Part shown: positions 51,412 through 64,000 of the stretch, one piece after another
How positions within the stretch are numbered: the first letter of the stretch is position 1
How the letters are laid out: each line of letters opens with the position of its first letter
NCBI RefSeq assembly: GCF_006345805.1
Contig: NC_042998.1
Span: forward strand, 152,830,001 to 152,894,000
Length of the DNA stretch: 64,000 bases
From: Octopus sinensis
Taxonomy: Eukaryota
Direction: 5' to 3'
The notes under the pieces: generated by a model
Database searches by the model: none
Seen by the model: only the letters and a program-made list of their open reading frames with translations
What the model was told of the DNA's origin: nothing
Translations under genes and position numbers: made by a program

Positions 51412-51823
51412 TTTTACTTGTTTCAGTCATTTGACTGTGGCCATACTGGAGATCCACCTTTAGTCGAGCAAATTGACCCCAGGACTTATTCTTTGTAAGC
51501 CTAGTACTTATTCTATTGGTCTCTATTGCTGAACCGCTAAGTTACAGGGATGTAAACACATCAGCATCGGTTGTCAAGTGATGCTGAGGGGATAAACACA
51601 GACACACAAACATATACACACACATACATATATATACATATATACGATGGGCTTCTTTCAGTTTCCATCTACCAAATTCACTCACAAGGCTTTGGTCGAC
51701 CCGAGGCTATAGTAGAAGACACTTGCCCAAGGTGCCATGTAGTGGGATTGTACCTGGAACCATGTGGTTTGTAACCAAGCTAATTACCACACAGCCACTC
51801 CTAGGGATGACTTTTTATTAATA
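51412..51823 (-). mobile_element. Full-length CORE-type SINE
   Basis: Head, core and 3' tail are all present; matches 9275-9862 and 25290-25680. Confidence 0.9.
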
Positions 51824-52019
51824 ACTAAGAATTGCACCAATAGAACACTAGAATTATATAATAAGAAACTATAGTTTTTTTAAAAGATATGGATTAAGTA
51901 TTACCATATAAAATGAGAACTATGTTAATTATTTAGATGTTAATTTTAATTTAATAAGAGGTAAAACCCAACCATTCCATAAAATTAATGAAAACCTTAG
52001 ATATATTTATGCTAATAGT

Positions 52020-53790
52020 AATCATCCACCCTCAATTAGAAATCGTTGACAGATAATATAGGTAAAAGAATATCGTTGCTTTCTTCTAAATTTGAGATTT
52101 TCCAAAAACACACACCTTATTACAATGAAGCCCTGCGGGAGGGCGGGATATGATAATAATATTAAATTCTTTAATAATTCTAAATATAATAATATAATTA
52201 TGATAAGTTTTATTTGGGTAATTATGGTTTTAATAATATGTATTATGACTATACAAAACATAAATATAATAATAGACTAAATAATATGATTAAATTTAAT
52301 TCATTTAATAATATAATATAAAAAATAAATTTAATATTAATAATAAGAACAAAATTTGGTTAATTATTCCTTATAGAGCTCAAGTTAAAACAAACATTAA
52401 TAAAGAGATTTTAAATATAGTTGAAGTATTCATTAGAGATTAAAAATATATAATAACATTTTTTCTTGTAATAATTTTGGAGCTGGTTATTCTACTACTA
52501 ATAATGTCTGTAACATTATTTCTTCTTTTAATAAATTTAAGCTGAATAAGTTTTACAAAAACAAATCAAATAATTATTCCAATAATAATAAAGACCAGAA
52601 TATAATTAATTGTACATGTAAAGATAAAACTAAATGTAAATTCAATAATAAATGTAATTTAGATGGTGTAGTATATAAATGTGTAGTGACTTTAATTGAT
52701 GATAATATTAGGAATGATTATAATTTAAATGCGATTTACATAGGGTTGACTTCTAATAAAATTAAATTACGGGTGGCTCAACACATGAATTCTATTAAGA
52801 ATAAAATTTAATTAATTCTACTGGCCTTAGTAAATATAAAAGGGAACTAAAATCTAAAAGTATTAAATACAATTTAAATTGGGAGATAGTTTGTAAGACA
52901 AAATCATATCAAATAGGTAGTAATTTTTGTTTATTAGGTACTAATGAATTTAAGGAGATATTATCAACTAATAATAAAAAATTGATTAAGTTCCTAGACG
53001 AACAAAAAATCAAATGTAGACATAAGTTAAATTATATAATAAGTTTAGCTAATTTTGTGTATATATATAAACCCTGTTTTATGTTACTAATTGTTGTAGT
53101 TATAATAGTAGTAGTAAAATGTGTATAAATTAGCACGAGATTATATAGTGTATATTACGTAATTAGAATAAGATGTAACTTAGATGTTTATAAAATAAAT
53201 TAATTAATTAATGAAAATAGATTAAATTATAGAAATTTAGCTTAATTTATGTATATTATGTATTTTATGTATTTTAGTTTTAAATTATTTAGACTTTACA
53301 ATTTTTCCAGTAAATGGTATATTACAGTTAATTTTTTCTTATTCTCACAGCTAAAAGACATTTTGTAATTTTAATAGCTTAAATACATATTTCTATCTAT
53401 TTATTCCATAATTTTTATTTACGCTATATTTTCATGTGATATATTTCTTATAAACGCTTAAGTTCTACGTAATATATTTAAATTTTTAATTAACAGAAAT
53501 TCTGTGATAAGTTATGTTTTTATTTTAAGAAATATTGTTAAATGTTTTTAAATTATTTATAGTTAATACATGTATTTTTCTATATTTATTTGATAATTAG
53601 TGTAATTTAAGATAGTACATTTATTCTATTATTATTTTTATTATTATTATTATTATTATTTTAGACCTGATGAGTGACTATATTTTTAAATAGAATCAAT
53701 TTTAGATTGATTTCATTTTAAATTGAATTGATTTTATTATTATTATCTATTTGAAAATATAGCCATGAAACGCATGTAGTTTTTTTACTA
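52020..53790 (+). mobile_element. 5'-truncated Penelope-like element (RT C-terminus, GIY-YIG, AT-rich terminal repeat with hammerhead)
   Basis: HPPS..IGKRISLLSS..YYNEALREGGY; KCKFNNKCNLDGVVYKC..IYIGLTSNKIKLRVAQH; IKCRH; hammerhead at 53663-53783. Confidence 0.8.
53663..53783 (+). ncRNA. Type I hammerhead ribozyme with an extended stem II (predicted cleavage after 53778)
   Basis: AGAC-CUGAUGA-GUGACUAUAUUUU..AAAAUAUAGCCAU-GAAA-C-GCAU-GUA-GUUU. Confidence 0.65.
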
Positions 53791-54081
53791 CTATTTACTA
53801 TTTATTGTTTATGTACCTCATTGATTTTTAGAATAAGGTTTTTTTTATAGTATATGTTTTCTATATGGTGTGAATAACATCTTTCACTATTGAATTATTT
53901 AATAGAGGTGTTTTTCCTAAATTATATACATATATTATATATTGTGAAATTTGATTTAGAATTGCTAAATAGAATTTTTCCCTGTAAGTTTGCAATTATA
54001 TTCCCTCCTACTACTATTATTATTATTATATTATTATTATTATTATTATCATAATATACATATATATATGTATATATATAT

Positions 54082-54115
<34 letters not shown>

Positions 54116-55379
54116 CTATATATAGTAGTATAGGTGTATAAAGATTGAATGTAGATTCGGCCTTTAATTGGAGGTTTTCAAAAAAGATTTCTAATGTTGA
54201 TTCTTCATAGTTTGCTGGAAGTTTACAGGCATAAATTTGCGAAGATATGAAAGTAGTATTTGTATATAATGTATGATGAATATATGAAATGAAGTTCCAT
54301 AATTCGCATGAATTTTGTAAAAAATGGAGGAAACAAGTTGTTAAAATTTATAACAAGTTTAATTCTTGCAGACAATTGCTTCATACAGATAATAATATAA
54401 ATTCATGAGTGTATTAAATTAAATAAATATCAACGTACTCTTCAGTGTAGGAAGGAAAGAAACCATAATACAAGGAACTTAAAAAGGAATAGAGAAGTAA
54501 AAATTGGATCTAGGAGAGTCATATTGGTATCCGTGTGGGAAAGAGATGGGAGTCATGTTGGATATTGAACTGTAACTAATGGCGTCAATGGTTATTTGAA
54601 GATAATCTAATAAGGAGAAGAGTGTGTGCATGTTTAGTCATACGTGTGTAGAGGCATATTTACATGAGTATATAAATACAGTAATTCATATAGATATACG
54701 ATTAAGGTATACATATAAAAACCGTACAAATATACCCATACATGTGCAAAAAAAGGGGCACACACATATACATATAAATTCACATACACAATAAATTGTA
54801 TATATATATATGCGACGATACATATATATGCAGATACACATGTTCATATTAATATACATATCTGTACCAACATATAAAAATAATCACATATACATAAGTT
54901 TACACACATAGGTACATATAAGATCAATACCTAGATATGCATACATGGATGTAGACATGTAGATCACCTTAAAATCATACGTGTGCATACATGTGTACAT
55001 ATGCCAGTAGTAAAATATACATAATTATAAGGTATAGTAACTAATAATATAAACAAGTAATAGTTAGAATAGGTATGTTGAGAGGGGGAGCAGTACAAGA
55101 AAGGGAGTACATGGACAGAGTATACAAATAAAATACAAAAAAGTATAGGTATATTATATACTAAGGAAAGATATAAGTTCTTATATCCAAACTTGTGGAG
55201 GAAAAAAGTATAGAGAGACATAGATAAAATGATAGCCCTATATATAGTGGGTCATGCATTTGTCAGAAGGAAATGTTAAAGAAAAAGTGTACAAAGATAG
55301 TATAAGTAATGTAAAGGGTGATATATAGATATATTTTTTAAAATATCAAACTAAGCAAAAGGTGAGCGAAGAGTTATTT

Positions 55380-55970
55380 TAGATTAACGAATAGGAATTT
55401 GGTCATGAGAAAACTTTTTCATTCCTAGTATTAACCAAATTTCCATTCATTCTCATTACGTAATAGCTTTCTTCTAAACATAGCCTACAAATATTATCAT
55501 TTATATAAGAGGGGGAAGAAGATAGGATTTTCCAAGAAATGGAGAAAATAATATTGTTTCTTTTGAGGTGCCAAACTTTTTAGATAGTCCTGTACTATTC
55601 TCTTTTCAATGGTCCCTAAAAGAAGATTTATGGTTAGAAATTCTCAGTTAAATTGAGTTTTGTGTGCAACTTACATATCTAGAGGAGTCCCGAGTTATAA
55701 TAGTTGCTTGGCATACAACTTCTTTCATTCTACAATTTCTATCTACTTTACAGACATTAGAGTCTCGACAATTACAATTTGAATTTGTGAGTGGTGTAGT
55801 GTTGTTATATCTATATTTTGTTAGATTAATACAGTTATGGTTATTGGCAGTATTGTTGTTGTTAATTGTAGGATTATGAAATGTATTATTAATAGTATTA
55901 TTATTGGAGGTACTAGGTACAGTTTTAGTAGTTTTGTCTTATTATAGAATAGATCACTTTGGTAACACCC
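55380..55970 (-). mobile_element. PLE GIY-YIG C-terminal fragment
   Basis: Minus translation CNCRDSNVCKVDRNCRMKEVVCQAT..RYVSCTQNS..RISNHKSSF..ICRLCLEE..LVNTRNE. Confidence 0.7.
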
Positions 55971-56289
55971 TCCCCATACCTTTTCTCTACCTATCCCTTA
56001 ATGCAGCTCTTTCATATTACCCCTACTCACACATCTCACACTTATTCACTCCTTACCTTCTCGTCTCTTCCTATCCCTCTCATCCTTCCCACACATTATC
56101 TTGACTACCAACTAACACTCCTTTTCTCACTTCTTTCACCCATTCTTAACTTTTTTCACTCTTTTTCTCTATTTTCATTTTCTCTTCTTGTTTTCATTTT
56201 GACTTATCTCCTCATTCTAAGCATACACATCTCCTCTAGCTATCTATCCACAAATACCACCAAGAACTATACTAAGATCAGTTGAAAGA

Positions 56290-57950
56290 AATCAATGTAA
56301 TCATCACGGCCTGAAAATCTATTATTCATTTTGATAAATTGAGGGTAAGAAAGGACACCCCTAATTTCTTTGATATAACAATGAGATCTCCAGACTCAGC
56401 GGAAATGACCGACCTTGTGGGAATATATCTATTAGACAACATTAATAAGGAATTCCAAGAATTTCATAGGGGACTCTACAGGGACGACACACTTTTTATA
56501 ATTAGACTAACAGACACCTAGAATTGCTTAAAAAGACACCTGTACAAATTTTTCAATACATTTGGCCTTTCTATCACTATAGTGAATGAAAACTATTCAA
56601 TCAACCACCTAGACGTTAACAGTAATTTAGATACCAGATTACATGAAACCTAACTCTAACTTAAAATATATTAACTATCAAAGTAATCATCCACAATCTA
56701 TAAAAAAGGCTTTTATAAAAAGCATTAGTAAAAGAATTGATCTCTCTTCTAATGAGAACTTATTCAAAAAACATCAAGATAAATACAATAATGCACTAAA
56801 AGAAGCAGGTTACAGAAGTGAAATTAAATATATCCCATATAAAAAAACAAGGAATAAGGACAATATTGATAACATTTATAGCAATAATAAAGAATATAGA
56901 AATCTGCCTTTTAAGTAATAAAGCAGAGAAACTTATAGTCCATGACATTAACAAGAATGAAACTTGCAACACCAAGAAGAACAAGAATAATAATAGAAAT
57001 ATAACTAATAATTAAATGATGAGAACTAAGCAAAGCATGAAAGATACCAATAGTGTCACTAATCACAATGAAAACAAAAATAACTAAAAACATTATCAGC
57101 AGAAACCCAGTACTAGTACCACAATGGCAGTATTGATGCATATAACTCTTATAATAAAATAAATACTAATAAACATAAACATCACATGCATCACTCTAAC
57201 AGCAATAAAATTGTGTTGTACAGCAAGATAACTGAAAGAATGAAAGATATCAATTGGCTAATACCCCCATATGCTATGCAAATTAAAATAGACTTAGCTA
57301 AATTAATATTTAAAATTATAAATAAATACTCTGATAAGAATAGCAGGTATTTGGAAATTATTAATAGTAACTTAGCTAGCATCATTTCCTCCCTAAATAA
57401 TAAAAAACTAAACATTTTTTTATTTAGATAGAAGTAACAATAAAAACAATAACAACAATAGTAAGAATGAAAATATCCCCATAACGACCCCAAACCTAGT
57501 AATGATAACATTGACAACCATAATAACCCTATCAATCATAATACACCTAACACCAACCCACTAGTAAGTAATTCTCCCCTACAGTGCAACCTATGTGACT
57601 GTAGAAATAAATTTTATTGCACCCTTGGAAATACTTGTAAAAGAAAAGATGAAATTTATCAGTGCGCAGTCACAATGCAGTTTAGTAAAAAGATATACAT
57701 AGAAGGAACCCAAAATGAAATGAAACAAAGATTAGCTGCAAACCAACACACTTTCAGAAATAGAAATAAGATTAACTCTATCAGATTATGTAAAAATATT
57801 CGGGAGCTTAAAGATAAAGATATTAGATTTGTTTTAGAATGGAAATCCCTTGCATCCACACCTTCGTACAAAAAGAAATGCCATCTGTGCATCAATGAGA
57901 AATTTTTCATACTTAACTTGATGGAAGAGTGAAATATTGCTTGCCTGCAC
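56290..57950 (+). mobile_element. Degenerate PLE with a YRDD-type RT and C-terminal GIY-YIG
   Basis: FDITM..GLYRDD; YQSNHPQSIKK..YNNALKEAGY; CDCRNK..IYQCAVT..KIYIEGT..CHLCINEK. Confidence 0.8.
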
Positions 57951-58164
57951 AAAGGTAAGTTTACCTTCTCTAAATAGTATTAGGGACTCTTCACCATCGA
58001 AATAGTAGAATTCGATACTAAATAATGGTATATATTAACTTCCTAATAAAGTTAGTTTAATAGAACTGTACACTTAGGCCTCTTATCAGTAATCCAGCAT
58101 TAATATCCCTATACCAACATATTGGAGTTTAAAATTCCACCTCCTACACAACTAAATTATATAA

Positions 58165-58362
58165 TCATTATCATCATCATCATCATCGTTTAACGTCCGT
58201 TTTCCGCGCTAGCACGGGTTGGATGGTTTGACCGGGGTCTAGGAAGCCAGGGTCTGCTCCAGGCTCCAGTCTGATCTGGCAGAGTTTCTATGGCTGGATG
58301 CCCTTCCTAACGCCAACCACTCCGCGAGTGTAGTGGGTGCTTTTTACGTGCCACCTGCACAG
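58165..58362 (-). mobile_element. PHD-type RTE 3' tail fragment
   Basis: (TCA)n cgtttaacgtccgttttccgcgctagcacgggttgg. Confidence 0.85.
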
Positions 58363-58847
58363 TAAAAATATATTTATCAATTTATCTCTCCTTAATACAA
58401 TTTCCCACCCCCTTGTAATAATACCAGTTCTTTTAATTATGAACCAAATTTAGAATATAGAGAGCACAAGTACCCATTCCCCCACCTAAATTGAGCCTGG
58501 ACCTGCCACTAACTTTACTTTTCAACACCATGTGTTAGCTTGTTTAACTTAACTTAATTTTATTCTGCACCTAATTTAAGTCAACACAGGACTACTTCAT
58601 ATTTTTTGGTGACCACTCATTTCATCCCCACCCCCATATAAATTTAACATTTTAATATTAACTCCACACCTCTTTAGATTTTATTTGCTTGTACTCTGTA
58701 TTGTAGTTGGCACTTTCCTATAAACTATTATTGTTCTTAGGCATATTAATGCATGCATGGAAATGCAATTGTGGTAGCGCGCATATGCATGCACACAAGC
58801 AGGGGTTGATATATTGACAATGTTAGTAATAATAATAATATAATAAT

Positions 58848-59080
58848 CTATATATATGAAACTGAGATTGTGTATCTGTCTGTCTGTCTGTGTGTTTCCT
58901 TAAAACTTGAGAACTACACAACCAATTTCATTCAAATTTTACACATGCCTTACTTAGGGTCTGGGGGGTGTCATGGGCAAGCCTAGGGCAAGCCCACAGC
59001 AATATCATATCTTCTCCACTATTTCAGTCTTACATGTTAAAAGTGAAACAGAAACATCTCTATATTGTATGTATATGGAT
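58848..59080 (+). mobile_element. Helitron-like non-autonomous repeat (same family as 25088)
   Basis: TCTATATATATGAAACTGAG start, (GTCT)n, shared body. Confidence 0.65.
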
Positions 59081-59082
59081 GA

Positions 59083-59133
<51 letters not shown>

Positions 59134-59164
59134 TGTATATTATATGGATGAATATATATATATA

Positions 59165-59455
59165 TACCGGAGTAAACACATAAATGTGAAACAAGGTGGA
59201 AAAAAGAGTACTCAAATACCAGTGGTAGAGTAATATGCTTTATTTAAAGCAGCAGAAAATTCAACAAAACCTGTTACTCTGAGTTTCCCGTTGCCGTTCA
59301 TCGGAGAGTTTTTGCTAGAATGGAACCGATATGTCAATTCTATCTAGTCTGGATAGAACTGACATATTGGTTCCATTCTAGCAAAAACTGTCCGATGAAC
59401 GGCAATGGGAAACTCAGAGTAACAGGTTTTGTTGAATTTTCTGCTGCTTTAAATG
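59165..59455. mobile_element. Short element with a 102-bp-arm palindrome carrying two hammerhead-like motifs
   Basis: Arms 59243-59344 and 59352-59453, 4 mismatches, 7-nt loop; (TA)n on both sides. Confidence 0.8.
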
Positions 59456-59457
59456 AA

Positions 59458-59460
<3 letters not shown>

Positions 59461-59507
<47 letters not shown>

Positions 59508-59975
59508 CTGTATATATATAGATGTACATGTAATATGTACACATATATAAACACATAAATATATGCATACATATATTACACACACACATATATATAGGTG
59601 CAGGTGTGGCTGTGTGGTAACAAACTTGGTTCCAAAACACATGGTCCTCAGTTCAGTCCCACTGTGTGGTAACTTGGCATGTGTCTTCTGCTATAGCGTC
59701 AGACCAACCAAAGCCTTGTCAGTGGATTTTGTAGACAGAAACTGAAAGAAATCAATTGTATGTATATGTATGTATACATGTAAGTCTATGTGTGTGTCTT
59801 TGTGTTTCTCCCTCAGCACTGCTTCACAACTGGTGTTCGTTTATTTACATCCCCATAACTTACTGGTTTTACAAGAAGAAGGCTTATCAAAATATAAAAA
59901 AGCACTACACAGTGTCTCATATTTTTGTTTGCCCATTCAGTTGTATCTATCAATTTATCTTTGTGTGTATGTGTG

Positions 59976-60020
<45 letters not shown>

Positions 60021-60518
60021 CTGTATATATATAGATGTACATGTAATATGTACACATATATAAACACATAAATATATGCATACATATATTACACACACAC
60101 ATATATATAGGTGCAGGTGTGGCTGTGTGGTAACAAACTTGGTTCCAAAACACATGGTCCTCAGTTCAGTCCCACTGTGTGGTAACTTGGCATGTGTCTT
60201 CTGCTATAGCGTCAGACCAACCAAAGCCTTGTCAGTGGATTTTGTAGACAGAAACTGAAAGAAATCAATTGTATGTATATGTATGTATACATGTAAGTCT
60301 ATGTGTGTGTCTTTGTGTTTCTCCCTCAGCACTGCTTCACAACTGGTGTTCGTTTATTTACATCCCCATAACTTACTGGTTTTACAAGAAGAAGGCTTAT
60401 CAAAATATAAAAAAGCACTACACAGTGTCTCATATTTTTGTTTGCCCATTCAGTTGTATCTATCAATTTATCTTTGTGTGTATGTGTGAGTGTGTGTGTG
60501 TGTATATATATATATATA
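59461..60518 (+). repeat. Tandem duplication of a ~513-bp SINE-containing unit
   Basis: Identical ORFs at 59563 and 60076, and at 59770 and 60283 (offset 513). Confidence 0.9.
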
Positions 60519-60589
60519 GATTTCGTAGACAGGAACTGAAACAAATCAATTGTATATATATATGTATGTATATATGTAAGTGTATGTGT

Positions 60590-63312
60590 TTTGGTATTGG
60601 CAACATGAATGACAATGGTCAGAGACTACTTGAATTTTGCACATACCATAACCTGTGCATCACTAACAAATTCTTTGCCAACAACACATCACACAAGGCA
60701 TCTTGGAGACATCCAAGATCTCACCACTGGCATCAGCTGGATCTCATCATTACATGAAAATCCTTTCTGAATTCTGTTCAACTGACCTGTAGTTACCACA
60801 GCACGGATTGTGACACAGATCATTCACTAATAAGAAGCAGGGTGAGGATACTGCCTAAAAAAGTCCATCACTCCAAGAAAATGGGCCGACCACGCATTCA
60901 CACTGCCAGAACCTCGGACCCTACACTGTGACAATGTTTTGCTGTTTCTATCAAGGTTGCCCTCAGTAGCTGCCCAACCTCCTCTGCTGAAAGTAGGTGG
61001 AATTATATCAGGGAAGCTTTGTATGCCACATCAATAGATACTTTCGGCATGAGAAAGGCAAAAGCCAGATTGGTTCAGTGCAGGGCTCTCAGAGCTGGAA
61101 ACAGTTATCGAAGTGAAGGATGCAGCTCTGAAGCAATACAAGAGTGATTCTTCTACAAAGTCACTCGAAGAACTCAGAAAGGCAAGAAATAAAACCCAAC
61201 TGGCAGCCAGACGCTGTGCAAATAGGTATTGGCAGGGAATCTGTCAGAGTATCCAGTCAGGTGCTGACAGTGGCGACACCCGTGGGATGTATGCTGGTTT
61301 GAAGAAGGCCCTCTGTCCAACCGCAACCAAGTCAGCACCTCTGAAATTAACTACTGGAGATCTCATCAAGGACCAAAGCAAGCAGATGGATAGATGGGTG
61401 GAGTACTACCAGGATTTCTACTCATGGGAGACCCCGGTAGCTGAGGCTGCAATCAAGGGTGTCAAGATCTTGCCAGTGATTTGCAAACTTGACAGTCTGC
61501 CATCTATTGCAGAGCTCACCAAGGCTATTGACTCCCTAGCAAGTAACAAGGCTCTGGGAAAAGACGGCATCCCCTTAGAGATCATCAAAACCAGCAAAAA
61601 CACCATCCTGCTTCAGCATATTCATGAGCTTTTGTGTCAGTGCTGAGATAGGGTACAGTCCCTCAGGATATGCGGGATGCTAACATCATTACACTTTACA
61701 AAAACAAAGGTGACCGTGGTGATTGTAACAATTACCGTGGAATAACTCTTCTAAGCACTGTTGGAAAGGCATTTGATCGCATTATACTGTCCAGGCTGCA
61801 ACTGCTTGCTTCTCGAATTTATCCAGAATCGCAGTGTGGCTTTAGAAGAAGCAGATCAACTATTGACATGATATTTTCAATACGCCAACTTCAGGAGAAG
61901 TCCAGAGAGCAGAAAATGCCATTATATATGGACTTCATTGATCTGACAAAGGCTTTTGACTTGGTAAGTAGAAAAGGTCTCTTCATCCTGCTCCAAAAAA
62001 TGGGATGTCCACTAAAGCTGCTGAGGATCATCAAATCTTTCCATGATGATATGCAAGGCACCATACAGCACAATGGTTCAACATCAGCCGCCTTCCAAAT
62101 TAAAAATGGGGTAAAGCAAGGTTGTGTCCTTGTTCCTGCATTATTTGGCATCTTCTTCTCGCTACTGCTGTCACATGCCTTTGAAACATCAGACGATGGA
62201 GTGTTTCTGCACAGTAGAACTGACAGGGAACTGTTCAATCTCTCGCGTCTGCATGCCAAGACCAAAATCAGAAGCGTCTTAATCAAGGAGATGCTATTTG
62301 CTGATGATGTCGCTCTGGTATCACACACACAAGAAGCCCTACAAAGGCTCATCAACTGTTTTGAGCAAGCATGTAGCAACTTTGGCTTAGTTATCAGCCT
62401 CAAGAAGACCAACATAATTTGGGTCAGGCTACATCGGATATCCCAAACATACATATTGGAGACAACAGACTACAGGAGGTGGAGAAGTTTACCTATCTTG
62501 GCTCTACCATCACCTACAACCTATCCTTTGATGCTGAGCTCAATATACGCATTGGCAAGGTAGCTGCTGTGATGGCCCAATTCTCCAAATGGGCATGGGA
62601 CAACAATAAGCTGACCATGACCACAAAAATGAAGATTTACCAGGCATGTGTACTTAGCACTCTACTGTATTGAAGTGAGAATTGGACGCCATACACACGC
62701 CAAGAGCGTCGCCTAAATATCTTTCACCTGCACTGCCTCCGGAAAATCCTTCACATCAAATGGCAGAATCATGTCCCCAACAAAGATGTTCTCAAACAAG
62801 CAGGAATACCAAGCATGTTTGCACTCCTCACACAAAGACGTATGAGATGGCTTGGACCTGTTAGCCATATGGAAGATGGCAGAATCCCCAAGGACATACT
62901 CCTCGGAGAGCTTGCTAGGGACACTAGGTCTGTTGGAAGACTGTTCTTACAATACAAGGATGTTTGCAAAAGGGACATGAATGCTTGCAACATCAATATT
63001 AGCGGTTGGGAGGCAGTTGCCAGCAACCGTGGAGATTGGTGACGTACCGTAAAAGAGGGAACACAAAGGTGTGATATAGAGAGAGAGGAGAAATGGAAAG
63101 ACAAGAAAAGACGTCAACAAGAAACTATGATATTACAACCAGCCAAGCAAAGTCTTTGCTACATTTGTGGCACCTGCCAGACGGAGTGTTTGTCCAGGAT
63201 AGGACTACACAGCCACAGCAGATGTATTAGGACATGAAATGTAAAAGCCGGACTAGATTATTTTATGCGCAACTCCATTGTCTCCCGAGACAAAAAGGAT
63301 GCCAACAACAAT
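60590..63312 (+). mobile_element. 5'-truncated BovB-like RTE (APE C-terminus plus RT) with a hairpin 3' end
   Basis: GIGNMNDNGQRLLEFC..WRHPRSHHWHQLDLII; NYRGITLLS, ESQCGFR, MLFADD; 3' ttgtctcccgagacaa hairpin. Confidence 0.9.
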
Positions 63313-63594
63313 ATATATGGATTTCGTAGACAGGAACTGAAACAAATCAATTGTATATATATGTATATATGTAAGTGTATGTGTGTGTCTTTGTCTCTGT
63401 GTTTCACCCTCATCACTGCTTCATAACTGCTGTTCATTTATTTACATCTACATAACATACTGGTTTCACAAGAACAAACTAATAAAATAAGTACCATGCT
63501 TATCAACAAAAAAAAGCACTAGGCTGTGTCTCATATTTTGGTTTGCCCACTCAGTTGTATCTATCAATTTATCTTTGTATGTGTTTGTGTGTAT

Positions 63595-63611
63595 ATCTAT
63601 CTATCTATCTA

Positions 63612-63648
<37 letters not shown>

Positions 63649-64000
63649 CCCTAATGGGAGCCTTAACTCCTAAATTTTAGTCATTTCTTTTATGATCCAA
63701 AACTAGGTCAAAGGTAATAAATGGATCTTTATGAAATTTGGAAATTATATTCTATGCATAAGGGCCATAACCCCCATGACAATTCATATATTTTTGCTGT
63801 TGATGAAATTTTAACCATAGATATTAGACACAAATGAAGTAATATTTATAAAATTTCATCTTCTTACAAGTTAGAAAGACCCCTCCATGGGGACTTAACA
63901 CCCACAATTTTGTCATTTTATCTAAGCAAAGACGAATACAGTTGTGCTCTTGGAAGCTGTAGGGTTACCCGAGCATAAAAGTTGGGCATTATTTCTAATT
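63595..64000 (+). mobile_element. Probable Helitron-like non-autonomous repeat running off the window
   Basis: tctatatatat..aaaa start followed by atgaaattt/aaaatttcat modules typical of such repeats. The 3' end is not visible. Confidence 0.4.

Noticed and set aside
54130-54420. Partly open minus-strand frame (KLPANYEESTLEIFFENLQ)
   Set aside because: Interrupted by stops with no identifiable motif; at most an old TE remnant.

Overview
Eukaryotic, AT-rich and microsatellite-dense DNA, almost certainly an octopus (inferred from the SINE and LINE families). There is a 100-N scaffold gap at 32275-32374. Only one host coding exon is convincing: a minus-strand exon of an ASK-family MAP3K (MAP3K5/15-like) at 4228-4414. 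The rest looks like intronic or intergenic sequence built from transposons: CR1/L2-group LINEs, two RTE lineages, Penelope-like elements (PLEs), mariner remnants, non-autonomous Helitrons and tRNA-derived SINEs. Two systems stand out. (1) A CR1-like LINE family is present as three diverged copies plus a fragment. It has a trihelix+CCCH ORF1, a conserved in-phase T_TTT_TTG -1 frameshift signature leading into ORF2, a long polypyrimidine leader ending in a splice acceptor just before the ORF1 ATG, and a 3' stem-loop shared with the local CORE-type SINE. (2) Several minimal hammerhead ribozymes occur, two sets of them arranged as long palindromes. Coordinates were counted by hand and element ends are approximate unless motifs are quoted. 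No alignments or database searches were run.
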